Shown here in pieces: positions 1-13,276 of a stretch of DNA of 64,000 nucleotides (within the stretch, counting starts at the first letter, position 1; each line of letters begins with the position of its first letter). The notes under the pieces are model-generated. The model did no database searches. It saw nothing but the letters and a program-made list of their open reading frames with translations, and was not told the DNA's origin. Origin of the DNA: Octopus sinensis (lineage: Eukaryota). The translations under genes and the position numbers were made by a program. The stretch spans positions 14,818,001-14,882,000 of the forward strand of contig NC_043013.1 in the NCBI RefSeq assembly GCF_006345805.1, written 5' to 3'.

Positions 1-177
1 ATGATCATGGCTGGAATGTCTTTGATCTTGAATCTCCTGAATCAGGATTGGGACGTTGGAGTCTAAACAGCAATAACTTGTTAGAAGTATTATAATGAAA
101 GAATTAAACATTTTCCAAATTTTTTTTTTTATGATATTTTTATTATTAATATTAAATTTGCTTTTTAGATTTTTTTT

Positions 178-597
178 ATCTTTTACTTGTTTCAGTTATT
201 AGGCGTTAGCCATGCTGGGACATCCCCTTGAAGAATTTTTGATCGAATGAATTGACCCCAGTACTTAGCTTTTGTTAAACCTGGTGCTTATTCTATCAAT
301 TATTTATGCTGAACTGCTAAGTTACAGGGATAAAAACACACCAACACTTGTTGTCAAGTAGTGGTGGGAGACAAACATACCCACACACACACACACATGC
401 ACATACACACACACACCACACTCATGCACACATATTTGACGGGCTTCTTTCAGTTTCCATCTCCCAAATCTACTCACAAGGCTTTGGTCGACCTGGAGCT
501 GTAGTAGTGGGCACTTGCCCAAATTGCCACACTGTGGGATTGAATCCAGAACCATGTAGTTGGGAAGCAAGTTTCTCCCCACACAGCCACACCTGTT
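178..597 (-). mobile_element. tRNA-derived SINE family B, full length
   Basis: Reverse complement has head ggtgtggctgtgtgg...ggttctggattcaatcccac (Pol III A/B-box-like), ttgggcaagtg core, internal (TG)n and tail ...gaaacaagtaaaa. Confidence 0.85.
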
Positions 598-689
598 TTT
601 ATTATTAATATTAATTTTTTTTTTTTTTTTTGTGTGTGATTAAAATATTAATGACTTGCCTTTGAAATTGATGTGATTCTGTTTTGCAG

Positions 690-885
690 AACTTCCTGTC
701 AGTTCTCCGTTGCTACATGCTGTTCTGAAGAATCTGGAACAATGGGAGGAAGTGTTACACAGCAAGCTAGAATTGTTCTCTGGGCCACCAGATAATTACA
801 TTCCTCACCTGATCCTGGATGTTGAAACAGGAATACCTCACACAAAATATGAGGCTTTACTCAAACCTCATAACTCGCCCTTCAT
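690..885 (+). CDS. DMXL2: DmX-like protein (Rabconnectin-3 alpha; DMXL1/DMXL2 ortholog), first exon visible in window; gene starts upstream
   Basis: ttttgcag acceptor at 689, gtaag donor at 886. Reads (E)LPVSSPLLHAVLKNLEQWEEVLHSKLELFSGPPDNYIP...KYEALLKPHNSPF, matching the ELPVTSPL...NLENWEQ...GPPPNYI...ENTPF segment I recall from vertebrate DMXL2. Phase 1 in, phase 2 out. Confidence 0.93.
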
Positions 886-1089
886 GTAAGATATTTTCTA
901 AACTCACTGTATTTTATATATATAGATGTATGCATACCTTTTCCTTCTTTGGACACTAAACTCTGCTTGCAAAGACCTATTGAGGCAAGTGAAATCAAAG
1001 TCAAATTTGATGATTGACATCCGTGCTAGTGGATGTTTTTTGTATCTGGTTTGCAAGATTCTTTATGTGAATTTGTGTGTTGAAACAAA

Positions 1090-1343
1090 TTTTGTTGTCT
1101 CTAGGGAGTGTCATTGTGGCAATATAATTAACACACATACTCGTTCAATTCCACTCATTTATTAAATATCTGATATTTATTTTTATTTTTTTTTTTTTGA
1201 TGAAGTTCTCCTTGCTGAGAAGGTTACAAAAAAGCAATGAAAGAGCTTTGACAAAAAAAGCAGATATTTAATAAATGAGTGGAAATGAACCAGTGTGTAT
1301 GTTAATTATATTGGCATGGTGACCCTCCCTAGACACAACAAAA
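1090..1343. repeat. Foldback element, arms of about 83 bp
   Basis: 1090-1172 is the reverse complement of 1261-1343 with about 10 mismatches. Related to 18879-19085. Confidence 0.85.
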
Positions 1344-1537
1344 CTTACTCCTTAGTTACACGTGTTTCAATACTATATGGTAGGTGTTTTGTGTTACAAC
1401 ATATTGCATGTGATCATTGTACATCATATCATATATCAGCTTAAATTAAGATTCTCCATTGACCACATCATCACTTATGTTTGCCATACCTCCATCTCCA
1501 TCTCACATGTTGCGTCATCTCTGCTTTATATTTTCAG

Positions 1538-1658
1538 AAACCACCACTCAACCTTACCCTTGAAACGTCTCTGGTTTCTCATTGTCAAAGAAGAATACCT
1601 GAAGGATGTGTTCATTCGCTACATCTTCCGGAAGAAAAGGTTTCTTGAAGATACTGAG
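1538..1658 (+). CDS. DMXL2: DmX-like protein exon
   Basis: ttttcag / gtgag boundaries. NHHSTLPLKRLWFLIVKEEYLKDVFIRYIFRKKRFLEDTE resembles DMXL PVKRLWHFLVKQEVLQETFIRYIFTKKR. Phases fit both neighbours. Confidence 0.95.
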
Positions 1659-1717
1659 GTGAGTATGTCTTGTCAGTGGTGGAATTGCTCTAACTCTCCT
1701 CTTCTCTCTTATGTGTG

Positions 1718-1765
<48 letters not shown>

Positions 1766-2630
1766 CACACACACACCTGTATATATAGTTCAAATTTACA
1801 GAAAACTAAAGGCAAAGACAGGTGTAGGAATAACAAGCAGGTGTATTAGTTGAACACTGGGAATAATGGAAAAGCCTTTTACGTTTCGAGCCTATACTCT
1901 AGTTGAGAAGTTTGCTTTGTAACCCATGTGTGGTTTCAAGTTCAGTCCCACTGTGTAGTACCCTGGGTGTTTTCGACTATAGCCCCAGGCCCACCAATTA
2001 CCTTGTTGGAATTTGGAAGACGGAAACTATATGGAAGTCTTGCTCTGAGTGTGTGCATGTCTTTGTCCTGCCACCACTTGGCAACTGGCGTTGATTTGTT
2101 TATAGCCTTGTGACTTAGCAGCTCAGCAGTAAGAGATTGAGTGAATTAATGCCAAACCTAAAATTAGTTTTAGGGTGAGTTTGTTTGACTTAAAGCCTTC
2201 AATGCAGTGCTCTGCAGTCCAATGATTGGAATTAGAAAAAGTAAATGAATGAATGATTTGAACCAAGGTTTTGTTTGATCTCAATCTGTAAAAGATGGAT
2301 TAATTGAGATTCGATATATAATCATGTTTTACTTTCTACATACATCCTTGACACGAGCACGGCTGTGTGGTTAAAAAGTCTGTTTCTAAACCACGTGGTT
2401 TTGGATTCATTTGCTTTGTGTGGCATCTTGGCCAAGTGTCTTCTGCTGTAGCCCTGAGCTAGCCAAAGGCTTGTGAGTGGGTTTGGTAGAAAGAAACTGT
2501 AAGAAGCCTGTTGTATGTGTGTATATATGGGGGAAAGTTGTGTTTTCTTGTCTTGATTTCATGCGATGGTTAGAACTGAGAATCACAATCACATAAGAAG
2601 TGTCATTCATTTCTAGTCTGCTATCATGAA

Positions 2631-2880
2631 AACATGTGTAAAAAGATTCGAGCAAGGTCATTACCAGTACCGTCTGACTGGCCCCCGTGCCGGTGGCACA
2701 TAAAAAGCACCCACTACACTCTTGGAGTGGTTGGCGTTAGGAAGGGCATCCAGCTGTAGAAACTCCGCCAAATCAAGATTGGAGCCTGGTGCAGCCATCT
2801 GGTTCGCCAGTCCTCAGTCAAAATCGTCCAACCCATGCTAGCATGTAAAGCGGACATTAAACAATGATGATGATGATGAT
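2631..2880 (+). mobile_element. RTE-tail repeat (family C), young copy nested in an older SINE
   Basis: aaaagcacccactacactc...taggaagggcatccagctgtagaaa...ccaacccatgctagcatg...(gat)n. It splits a B-head/RTE-tail SINE spanning about 2355-3035. Confidence 0.85.
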
Positions 2881-3140
2881 GTTTGTCCTGGCCATGGGGG
2901 AAGTACTACTCTGCTTGGAAACATGTGAAGGTTGGTGACAGGAAGGGCAACCAGCTAAGGAAAAATTTACCTCAATAACTATAAGCATGGAAAAGTCAAT
3001 ATTAAAACAATGACAACAACAATGATGATGGTGATGACAAACAAGTATGCACACACTTACACACACACACACACACACACTTACACACACTCATGCAGAT
3101 GGATTTCAAGAGCTTTTCTTTTTCTTTATTTCTGTTTCAG

Positions 3141-3245
3141 ATAACACTAAACTCAGGAGACAGCGAAAACTCTGAGAAGAGTTCATCTTTGATGAAAGTT
3201 ATTCACAAAGAACAAGATATCATTACAGCATTCGCTATAAATCAG
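3141..3245 (+). CDS. DMXL2: DmX-like protein exon
   Basis: tctgtttcag / gtcag boundaries. ITLNSGDSENSEKSSSLMKVIHKEQDIITAFAINQ resembles DMXL KVIHKESDMIMAFSVNK. Phase 0-0. Confidence 0.93.
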
Positions 3246-3978
3246 GTCAGTTTCTCTTCTCACATGTTTTTCTTACCTATCACTCTACAATAACTTCTAT
3301 TTTGTAAGATGCTTGTACATAAATATCAAACAGGTTACATATCATGCACTACAATGTTACCAGGTCTCAAACTCCTGCTGAACTTATACTGGCTCTATCC
3401 GAACATCTGCTGGCTTTGTTCATTTGGAGATGTGTGGCATGAGATATCTAACACCCATTACACTCACGGAGTGGTTGGCATTAGGAAGGGCATCCAGCTG
3501 TAGAAACACTGCCAAATCAGACTAAAGCCTGGTGCAGCCTTCATGGCTTACCAGACCCCAGTCGAACCGTCCAACCTATGCTAGCATGGAAAACAGACGT
3601 TAAATGATGATGATGAGGATGATGATATCCAGCCAAAATATTTTGCCTGTTTTTATGTTCAAATGGACCAGATCCAAGCTCTCTGACCCACCTTACAATG
3701 TCATTGTTAGAATAAATAATCACTTTCATCAAAATCTTGAAGCTATGAGATGATACATGCTTATTTATTCAAAACAATATGAATAAATAAGCATTACATG
3801 ATTTGAGAACAGGGTGGATGTCCTTACCCTAAAAGTTTAGGACTTGGTTAGGAGAGTAGTGGTTGGGTGGTGGACCTGATATGGAGGATACTGAAACAGC
3901 ACCTGGGTAGAAATGTATCCATCGTCTGTGTATGAAATAAAATCATGTATATATATGTGTGTATATCCTCTATTTCAG

Positions 3979-4103
3979 GCCAATCCCAATTGTTTGGCAT
4001 TGTCTACTCAGAAGGAAATTGTGGAATTAGATATTGGTGCCTTACTAAATCCGCCAGCCTGGTTAGGTGATGAGAATGAGTACGACATTGAGACCTTGAT
4101 CAA
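3979..4103 (+). CDS. DMXL2: DmX-like protein exon
   Basis: tatttcag / gtaag boundaries. ANPNCLALSTQKEIVELDIGALLNPPAWLGDENEYDIETLI; phase 0 in, phase 2 out. Confidence 0.93.
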
Positions 4104-4356
4104 GTAAGTTGATCCTTCTTCTTCATTCAGCTTTTATTTAACTAACTTACTAATTAAGATCTATAACAATAGGTTGTAGGTGTGGCTGTGTGGTTAAGAA
4201 GTTTGCTTCCCAACCACTTGGTCTGGGTTCAGTCCCATTGCATAGCACCCTTTTTACTCTTTTGTAAATACAGTCTGTTTTATAATCAGAAGTAAGCTAA
4301 CAACTGTCCTTTCCTGCACATTATCATTGTTACGTATGTTTTGCTTCATTTTTCAG

Positions 4357-4525
4357 TACGACTGCTTATGGCTACGACGAATCTGACTTCGTTTTGGTTC
4401 AGACGCCGTTCGACCAGCTTCCTAATACCGCTGTATCCACTCCTGGCACACCGATGTCTTATAACTCGGCCAACACTGCAATACCAAACATACAACAATA
4501 CAACTCAACTAATCGGGCTAATGTT
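4357..4525 (+). CDS. DMXL2: DmX-like protein exon (low-complexity linker)
   Basis: tttttcag / gtaag boundaries. In the phase set by the previous exon it is open: (N)TTAYGYDESDFVLVQTPFDQLPNTAVSTPGTPMSYNSANTAIPNIQQYNSTNRANV. Ends in phase 0. Confidence 0.9.
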
Positions 4526-4942
4526 GTAAGTAAAATCACCGTTTCCTTTTTTGTTTCAACAACATTACACTAACTCTTAGATGACTTTTATTTGTTGTTT
4601 GTTTCATAAAACATTTTGTTTTTTAAATGTTTTAAATTCTTCTTAAAAATTATCTGACATCCATATATTCATTATTGGTGTCGTGTCTGAGAATTTTTCA
4701 TTTTTGTGAGATTAATATATTTTAACACTTTTAATTAATATATTTTAACCCTAATTGCAATAATACATTAACGTTGTTTGTTTTTGTAATTAATTTTGTA
4801 AATAAATCCTTACTGAGCCATTAAATGGAACCAAACATAACAAAAAGGTTCCTACATAATACCGTAACAGACTGTTTTTATTTCAATATGGACATTCTAA
4901 AATAAGATGTTTGATAGATTTAGATGGGGCATCCGGGGGATT

Positions 4943-5038
4943 AGCATCATAGAACCTGAGGTGGTCATGGTTGGATGAGCATTGTAGAACCCGGGGTAGT
5001 CATGGTTGGATGTGCATTGTAGAACCCGGGGTAGTCTC
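4943..5038. repeat. 35-bp tandem repeat, about 3 copies
   Basis: gcattgtagaacccggggtagtcatggttggatg(t/a). Confidence 0.8.
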
Positions 5039-5364
5039 CAGTTGGCTGATATCAAAAGTATTAATATAACTGAACGTCCCCTCTCTATGCTAACCTCTCA
5101 ACTATAAATATAAAATATTAGTAATGTGTGTGTGTGTGTGTGTGTGTGTGCATGTATTTTTATTGCAAGTTGGCAGAATCGTTAGAGCTTTGAACAAAAT
5201 GTTTCGCAGTGATTGTTCGGTCTCTTTATGTTCTGAGTTCAAATCTCACTGAGGTCTGCTTTACCTTTCATCCTTTCAAGTTCAATACTATTACCTAAGA
5301 CCCCTCTCTTGAAATTTACTAGCCTTGTGCCTAAATGAGAAACATTGTTGTTTTTTATAATTAT

Positions 5365-5670
5365 TCTATGGAACCTGTGGAAGAGGAAGACATGGGACCG
5401 AACGAGATAGTGAAGATGCCGATGACTGCTCAGTTCAAAGTCTCTCTTGACCAGAAATGGCCTGAATTCTTTGTATGACCACCCTCCCTGTACATAACTC
5501 CCTGTACCCCTACATGGCCTTGCTTTTGCTTTTTGAGCCAATAAAAATTGAATTGAAAAATTAGTGAAAGATGCTCTCAGGACTTTGAATCTTATGTAGG
5601 AGATGACAAGGAACCTGAACTCCTGGCAATATGCAGTACTTGAGAAGACATGTCCATCTTGGTGAAACAG
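5365..5670 (+). mobile_element. Degenerate RTE 3' ORF fragments
   Basis: GGAACCTGTGGAAGAGG-AAGACATGGGAC (GTCGRG..TWD) and ...EMTRNLNSWQYAVLEKTCP mirror the end of the 15162-15845 element. Confidence 0.55.
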
Positions 5671-5878
5671 AGGTTATGGAAGCATATAATATGAATATAC
5701 ACAGCTGGGCCCCTCATCCACCTCCAACTGTAGTCTTCTGCCACTGTAATTAAATGAGGCAGAACATATTTTAACATCTTTTCTCTGATACCAGTTACCT
5801 TTCTCACTACCCAGAACCACTTCACTTAACATCCATCCTACATCCTTGACATTGTCCCTCTTCACGCACACTTTACAT

Positions 5879-6126
5879 TCATCATCATCATCATCGTTTA
5901 ACGTCCGTTCTCCATGCTAGCATGGGTTGGACGGTTCGACCGGGGATCTGGGAAGCCAGAAGGCTGCACCAGGCTCCAGTCTTATCTGGCAATGTTTCTA
6001 CAGCTGGATGCCCTTCCTAACGCCAACCACTCCGTGAGTGTAGTGGATGCTTTTTACGTGCCACCTGCACAGGTGCCAGGCGAGGCTGGCAACGGCCACG
6101 GTCGGATTGGTGCATTTTACGTGCCA
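5879..6126 (-). mobile_element. RTE-tail repeat (family C)
   Basis: (cat)n-cgtttaacgtccg...gggttggacgg...gctggatgcccttcctaacgccaacc. Almost identical to 55763-56045. Confidence 0.85.
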
Positions 6127-7051
6127 ATCATTGACACCAACAAATTATCCCCCCCTCTTCATTGAATCACCCCCCCCCCTGTCAACTTTTTTCTATCACT
6201 GTATATCTCTCACTTTTACCACACACTCTCTCTCTCTCTCTCTCCAATCACACTCTTACAGCTTACCCATCCACACATCATCTCCCTTTCTCTCATCCTT
6301 CTCCTGTTTACTGTATCACCACTCTTCTTCTGCTCTTCACCCACTTCTATACTACCAATCAGCACCTGTTTTCCATTCCATGACCTTCCCTATAACTCCT
6401 ATGTATCATTGATCATCCCCTTTGCTATTCATCTCTTCTTCATCTCTTTTCCCTAGCCCATATCTAATTATTATCTACTTTCCCTTACCTTCCATCTGAG
6501 TCGTATCATCCTCTCCCTCAACTTTTGTTCATCATTCAGTAAATTCACACCTTTACCCTATCCATAGCCAATCTTCACGCTCTTCATAATCTCTTGCAGC
6601 CTCTACCCATCTTCCTTCTTCTGTCTCCAGAGCCAACCCTGACAGCTTGTCCCCACTATCTTTTCTATCTTTCAAGCTCCACCTTTAATACTCTCACCCA
6701 TTCTTATATGATACAAGATAGCAGTATATTTCCTCAACAACATGAAACCTCTTCTGGTCCCTTCTCTCATACATTAGCCCCTTATCCTACAGCATAAAGC
6801 TGCCTCCCTCTCTACTATAGCCCCACTTCAGTTGAAGAGGAACTTAGTCTTGCGAGCTACCTGGTGACCGCACTAGTACTGGTGTCATGGAAAACGCATC
6901 CCGTATGCATTGTACAGTGATTGATGTTTAAGAACAGCATCCAGCCTTAGAACCCATGCCAGAGTAGATTTTAGAGTACGATGTAGTTTCATGACCAGTC
7001 GACCTATGAATCTATGCAATCCATGCCAACATGAAAGCTGAGATGTTTATA

Positions 7052-7083
<32 letters not shown>

Positions 7084-8108
7084 AATGGATGAATGAATTA
7101 TCCTTTGTTTACTGTTAACATGGAAAATTCAATAAACAGTTACCAGGGTAGCAAAATTCACGCAAGTAACAAGGATGTAGCGACCTATTCAAAGGTAGAA
7201 ACTTATATTTACTTTTATATATATATATATATATATATTAAATATAACAGCAGTTTATCCGCATAATTGCCTCCATATCTGCTCACCTTGATTCCTCTTA
7301 TAGCCACTCTTTATCCTGCAGAATTGGTCTCTCATAAAGACATCAGAGTCTAAATTCAAATCATTTGACCGCTATTAAACATTTTCTATACCAAGAATCT
7401 CTAGATCTCATCTGTTGATTATTTATTTTATATATATATATAGGTAAATTTCCAAATTAGGTTGGTAGAGATATACAATCCTAACAGGTTAATAATGCTA
7501 GCTAACCTCTGTGAGTGTAGAAAAACTCCTATTAGTTTATTTTACTGTCTGTCCTCAGTAGATCTTCACAGCAGTAAATCCACATGTCTCTATAGAGACT
7601 GCATGTTGTCAGCAGAGAAGAAATAGTAAATTATTGATAATGTGAGCAGAGATTTATATATCCAGTTTTATGGATGTAGGTGCAGAAATGGAAAGGCGTG
7701 ATTGATTACAGAATAAAACTAGATATATAAATCTTTGTTCTCCTTATCATCAATATATATATATATATACACACACATATATACTTAAGTCTAGTACTTA
7801 TTCTATTGGTTTCTTATGCCAAATCAAGTAAGTCAAAAGAACATAAGCCAATGCAGGTTGTCAAACTGTGGTAGGGGACAAACACAAAGATACACTTATG
7901 TGTGTGTGTGTACACATCAGGCTTCTTTTAGCTTCTGTCTACCAAATCTACCCACAAGGTTTAGGTTGGCCCTAGACTATAATGGAAGACACTTGCTCAA
8001 GGTGCCATGCAGTGGACCTTAAACTGGAACTATGTGGTTCCATTTCTTACCATACAGCCACTCCTGCACATGCGCACACACACACACACATAGTAATAAT
8101 TGATGAAG

Positions 8109-8296
8109 GAAACAGAAGATAGGTTTAATACTAGTCTTTATTAGTACAACGATCGTTTCAACTCATCCTGCAACTGTCCATTATCAGTAGGCTTTTGCAC
8201 AAAATCCTACCACTACCCATAATGGACAGTTTGCAGGATGAGTCAAAATGATCATTGCACTGATGAAAGACCAGTGCCAAATCTATCTTCTATTTC
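8109..8296. repeat. Foldback element, arms of about 75 bp
   Basis: actcatcctgcaactgtccattat / ataatggacagtttgcaggatgagt, extending to gaaacagaagatagg / ctatcttctatttc. Confidence 0.8.
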
Positions 8297-9440
8297 TTTA
8301 ATAAATTATTACTATTTAAATTAATACTGCAGAATTCCTGAAGTAGATCCAGCAGAAATATACGCCAACCATGGATGTCACTAGGTAGCCCAAACTGTGA
8401 AGTGAATGTGCTTTACTAAACACACTAATTGACCCATTAGTCAAAAAAATTACATAGGGCATCCAGCTGTAGAAACACTGCCAGATCTGACTGGCCTGGT
8501 GCAGCCTTCGGGCTCCCCAGACCCCAGTTGAACCGTCCAACCCATGCTAGCATGGAAAACGGACGCTAAATGATGATGATGATGATGATGTATATGTGTG
8601 TGTGTGTGTGTGTGTGTTTGTCCCTCTAGCATTGCTTGACAACCGATGCTGGTGTGTTTACGTCCCCGTCACTTAGCAGTTCGGCAAAAGAGACCGATAG
8701 AATAAGTACTGGGCTTACAAAGAATAAGTCCCGGGGTCGATTTGCTCAACTAAAGGCGGTGCTCCAGCATGGCCACAGTCAAATGACTGAAACAAGTAAA
8801 AGAGTAAATATACATATATATACATATATATGTATGTGTGGAGGGGTAATGGCCTAGTGGTTAGCGCAGCGGACTCACAGTTGTAGGATCACAGTTTCGA
8901 TTCCCAGACCAGGTATTGTGAGTGTTTATTGAGCGAAAAACACCTAAAGCTCCACGAGGCTCTGGCAGGGGGTAGTGGCAATCCCTGCTGTACTCTTTTG
9001 CCACAACTTTTGCCAGCGGGGTGGCGTCACTTGAAGGCTAAAACAATGCAGAGTGCATTGTGACCAGCGATGTGTAGCAATATCTGATAGCCTGGTCGGT
9101 GACAGTGACGGTGATATATATATTCCAAGAAAGTTAGAGTTTGTGAATCCAACCAACTAAGGGATAATATTTATCCAATATACTGCTGGTAGAATACCCA
9201 ATTATTAATATACAAGTGGTTTTTTTTCATTGCATGGCAATTACACTACTGAATGTAATAAATGGGTGAGTGTAAAAGGTTTTTTTACCCTTAATTTATA
9301 TGGCAATAAGAAAATTGAAGGGACCAAGAGATGTATATTGTTATAATTGTTTTTTTAAAAAATAAATAAATAGACATAAAATAATGTCTAAAAGTTGATG
9401 AATACCACCTCTTGATGCCCTCCATTTTCTTATTGCCGAG

Positions 9441-9474
<34 letters not shown>

Positions 9475-9940
9475 AGGCTTCTGATTTTTCAGGCTTTATA
9501 CTCGGCTCCGGATAGGGTTTTAGGGAGATTTAGCTTTCTAGCCAGTTGAGCAATATATTGTATACTAGCTACAACTCTTTATACTATGGTCCCAACAGTA
9601 TATATTATAACCACAATACAATATCCTCAACCTACAAAGTCGAGATTCTAATATTTGTATATCTTTGTTGTCTGTCCTCTCTCCCTCCTTCTCCTTCACC
9701 CACCCTAACTGTGCACCATCTGTAATATATTGATTTATATGAGAAAAATTATCTATTGATTTCTATGATGATGATGATGATTATTATTATCTACATGCAC
9801 CTGTTTACTCAGAATAGCAAATAGGTCACAAGGTGTTGGATTACAAAGTGTATACACACACACACACACCCTGACTGATGTCTGCATAATATCGTAATTT
9901 TTATGTGTATGTATGTGTGTGTGTGCATGTGTATGTATGT

Positions 9941-9975
<35 letters not shown>

Positions 9976-9977
9976 AT

Positions 9978-10163
9978 TATTATTTAAAACAGTTTGATCC
10001 GGCTCCAGGCAACTTGAAGTTTTACAGGCTTCCAACAGAAATTCAGCTCGTTTAGATTACTGAATCTGATTTTGGTAATCTGAGCCTGAACAAGCTGGGT
10101 TTCTCTTAGAAGCCTGCAAGACTTTAAATCTCATGGAGCCAGATCAAACTGTTTTAAATAATA
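9978..10163. repeat. Foldback MITE-like element (186 bp)
   Basis: Terminal 30 bp tattatttaaaacagtttgatccggctcca / tggagccagatcaaactgttttaaataata (1 mismatch). Looser pairing continues to the centre. Confidence 0.85.
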
Positions 10164-10249
10164 CATGTAATTCCTACTAAATGTGTTGAGTGCCTTTCTC
10201 TTTCTTTTATCCACTCATTCATATATGTATATGTGTGTACATACATACG

Positions 10250-10281
<32 letters not shown>

Positions 10282-10290
10282 GAAAGAGGG

Positions 10291-10512
10291 GAGAGTTGGC
10301 CAAAAGTCACCTGACAGTAAATCAAAACCATTTAATTCCAAGATTAAAACAAAAAATTATTTTATATTAGACTTCGTTAATAGATAGACAAATGTTGAAA
10401 ACAAATGGTGATTTTAATTCACAGCATTCAATTATTGGAATGAATAAATGAAATTGAATATTAAGTACTTGGGAAATTTTGATTTACGTCGGGTGACTTT
10501 TAGCCAACCCTG
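10291..10512. mobile_element. Tc1/mariner-like MITE
   Basis: Imperfect TIRs of about 35 bp: gttggccaaaagtcacctgacagtaaatcaaaa / ttttgatttacgtcgggtgacttttagccaac. Confidence 0.75.
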
Positions 10513-11347
10513 TGTGTATGTGTGTGTGTGTGTAGACGGAAACTGTAAGAAGCCGTCGTATGTGTGTGTATATGTTTCTCTGTCTGTGTTTGTCCCCCCC
10601 CCCCCAACATCGCTTGACAACCGATGCTGGTGTGTTTATGTCCCCGTAACTTAGCGGTCCGGCAAAAGAGACCGATAGACTTACAAAAAATAAATCCTGG
10701 GGTCGATTTGCTCGACTAAAGGCAGTGCTCCAGCATGGCCACAGTCAAATGACTGAAACAAGTAAAAGAGTAAAAGAGAGTATACCTTGTGATATGCTGT
10801 TTAAAGCCCATTCACTGTATTGGGCTACCTGATGTCATCAACAGTATGCATATATATGCCATTGGGTTAACTTCAGGAATTCCTTCATGTCAGTAGAGAA
10901 AGGGACCGATGCACAATGGGTTGAAATGATCAAACTGATTAATAAAGTATCTCTTGAATTCCATTTTCTTGCTTGGAACATTGAAAATCAAACAGATGAA
11001 GCTGTAAATAAAAGTGTGTAAATATTGGGCTAAAACACATTTGGATAGAAAGTTGAAGGCTGTTTGTGGGATGTGAACCCACATCTGTAAACATACATGG
11101 CAGATGTTCTACCAGTGGACCAAAGCAATCCTTTGAAGTTTCCTATCCATTTTAGAAACTTGGTTCATACCAGCAAGAATTGTATCTTGTTGACATCATA
11201 ATAATTTATAAACATTGAGAGAACACGAAATGATTCTTATAATGTTAACAATGTGTGTGTGTGTGTGTGTAATGCTTTAGTGTTTCTTATGCAACCTGTT
11301 GTGCATAATCAGATGGTGCAGTTACAGGTGATATACTATGGAATAAT

Positions 11348-11579
11348 AAGGCAGCAAGCTGGCAGAAATGTTAGCACGCCGGGCGAAATGCGTAGCCATA
11401 TTTTGTCTGCCGTTATGTTCTGAGTTCAATTCTGCCGAGGTCAACTTTGCCTTTCATCCTTTCGGGGTCGATAAATTAAGTACCAATTATGCACTGGGGT
11501 CGATACAATCAACTTAATCCATTTGTCTGTCCTTGTTATCCCCTCTGTGTTTAGCCCTTTGTGGGTAGTAAAAAAATAG
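11348..11579 (+). mobile_element. tRNA-derived SINE family A
   Basis: Near-consensus copy. Others at 17338-17541 (internal deletion), 22391-22622, 60684-60912, all on +. Confidence 0.88.
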
Positions 11580-12079
11580 ATATACTATGGAATAACAAAA
11601 GAAAATTACAAAAATACAATTCAAATTCTAAAATACAATTCATATTCGAAACATTTCCAATGATGATCAACTTGAAACCTTGTCGCTTTTGAGTTTTTTA
11701 CTCTTCATAAGTTAGACCGGTTTACATTGTTATCAATAAACTGGGTAAAGTGAGGGAAAGAGAGAAATCAAACACGCTGAGAATAAATGCATTAATGCAC
11801 ACACATACTACTCAGAGATAGTGTATGTATACTTCCATGTGTCCGATTCTGTTCTGCAGCTCACCGTCAAGTTCTGCTTTTTAATAGAAAGTACCTCTAC
11901 TACTACGGATTTACATCAACCTGCTCTGCTATAGTGAGCCACCAAATCTCTCCTTATCAATCAATGCTCAACTCAGCACATCAAACAAAATGCTAAGCAG
12001 CATTTCTTTTGACTCTACATTTTGAGTCCAAATTTCACCAAGGTCGAGTGCCTTTCATCTTACTGGGGTTGATAAAATT

Positions 12080-12470
12080 AAAATCACTGATGTCGATGTC
12101 CTGTCTTCCCTTGAAATTTTCTGGCCTTGTACCACAATCCGATGCCATTCATTATCGAGATAGCAGAATTGTTAGCATATATCAGACATCTTGTTTTTGT
12201 CATGTTTCTTCCTGCTCTTCTGATAACATATCAACCCCAGTATTTGACTGGTACTTATGTTATCAGTCTTGGAAAGATGCAAGGTAGAGTTGACCTCAGC
12301 AGTATTTGGATGCAGAATCAGAAGAGCTGGACGAAACATAGCAAAACAAGATGTCTTATATGCTAACAATTCTGCTAGCTCAATAAAGAATGGCATCGAA
12401 TCGTGGTACAAGGCCAGAAAATTTCATGGAAAGATGGGAGTTAGTCTATTGCATCGACATCAGTGATTTT
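12080..12470. repeat. Local inverted duplication (arms 12080-12224 and 12317-12470)
   Basis: Arms are about 85-90% complementary and include a unique SINE-SINE junction sequence. Confidence 0.85.
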
Positions 12471-13041
12471 ATTTCTGGGGTTGATAAAATCAACTATTCC
12501 TGCTCACCCAAAATTTCAGGCCTCGTGCCTATATTAGCAAGAATTGTTATCATTATAACGTAAGAATGCATGGCCCAGTGCTCAGGGTTTTGCACTCACA
12601 ATTGTGAGACTGTGGTTTCAGTTCCTAGACTAGGTGGTGTGTTATGTTCTTGAGCAAAACACTTCGTCTTGCGTTGCTCTACAATCACTCTAACACCTGG
12701 CATGCAATGCACCTGATCAGCAACATTGATTTAATTTCATGGAGGAAGTGAGCTACTACCGTACTGTACATACATTTGATCATTATAAAAGAATCATCTG
12801 TTGCACAGGTTGTTCGGCAAAAAGCTGGACATTCATACATTGTCTTTGACAGGACAGTCCATCATTATCATTATTATTATTATTAAGGTGGTAGGCTGGT
12901 AGAATCATTAGCATGTGGGACAAAATGTTTAGCAGCATCTTTTCAGGGTTGGTAAAATAAACCCCAAGTACTGGGGTCAATGTAATAGACTTGTCCACTC
13001 CTCCTTAAAAAAAATACTACTTTTGTGCCAGAATTTGAAAC

Positions 13042-13094
13042 CATTATTATTATTATCATTATTATTATTATTATTACTATTATTATTACAATTA

Positions 13095-13136
<42 letters not shown>

Positions 13137-13276
13137 TACTATTATTATTACTATTATTATTACTGTTATTACTATTATTATTATTACTATTATTATTACA
13201 ATTATTATTATTATTATTATTACTATTATTATTACTATTATTATTATTACTATTATTATTATTACTATTATTATTA
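13042..13276. repeat. (TAT)n microsatellite, about 235 bp
   Basis: Long imperfect (att)n run at a SINE A2 tail. Source of the poly-Y/L/I/N ORFs. Confidence 0.97.
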
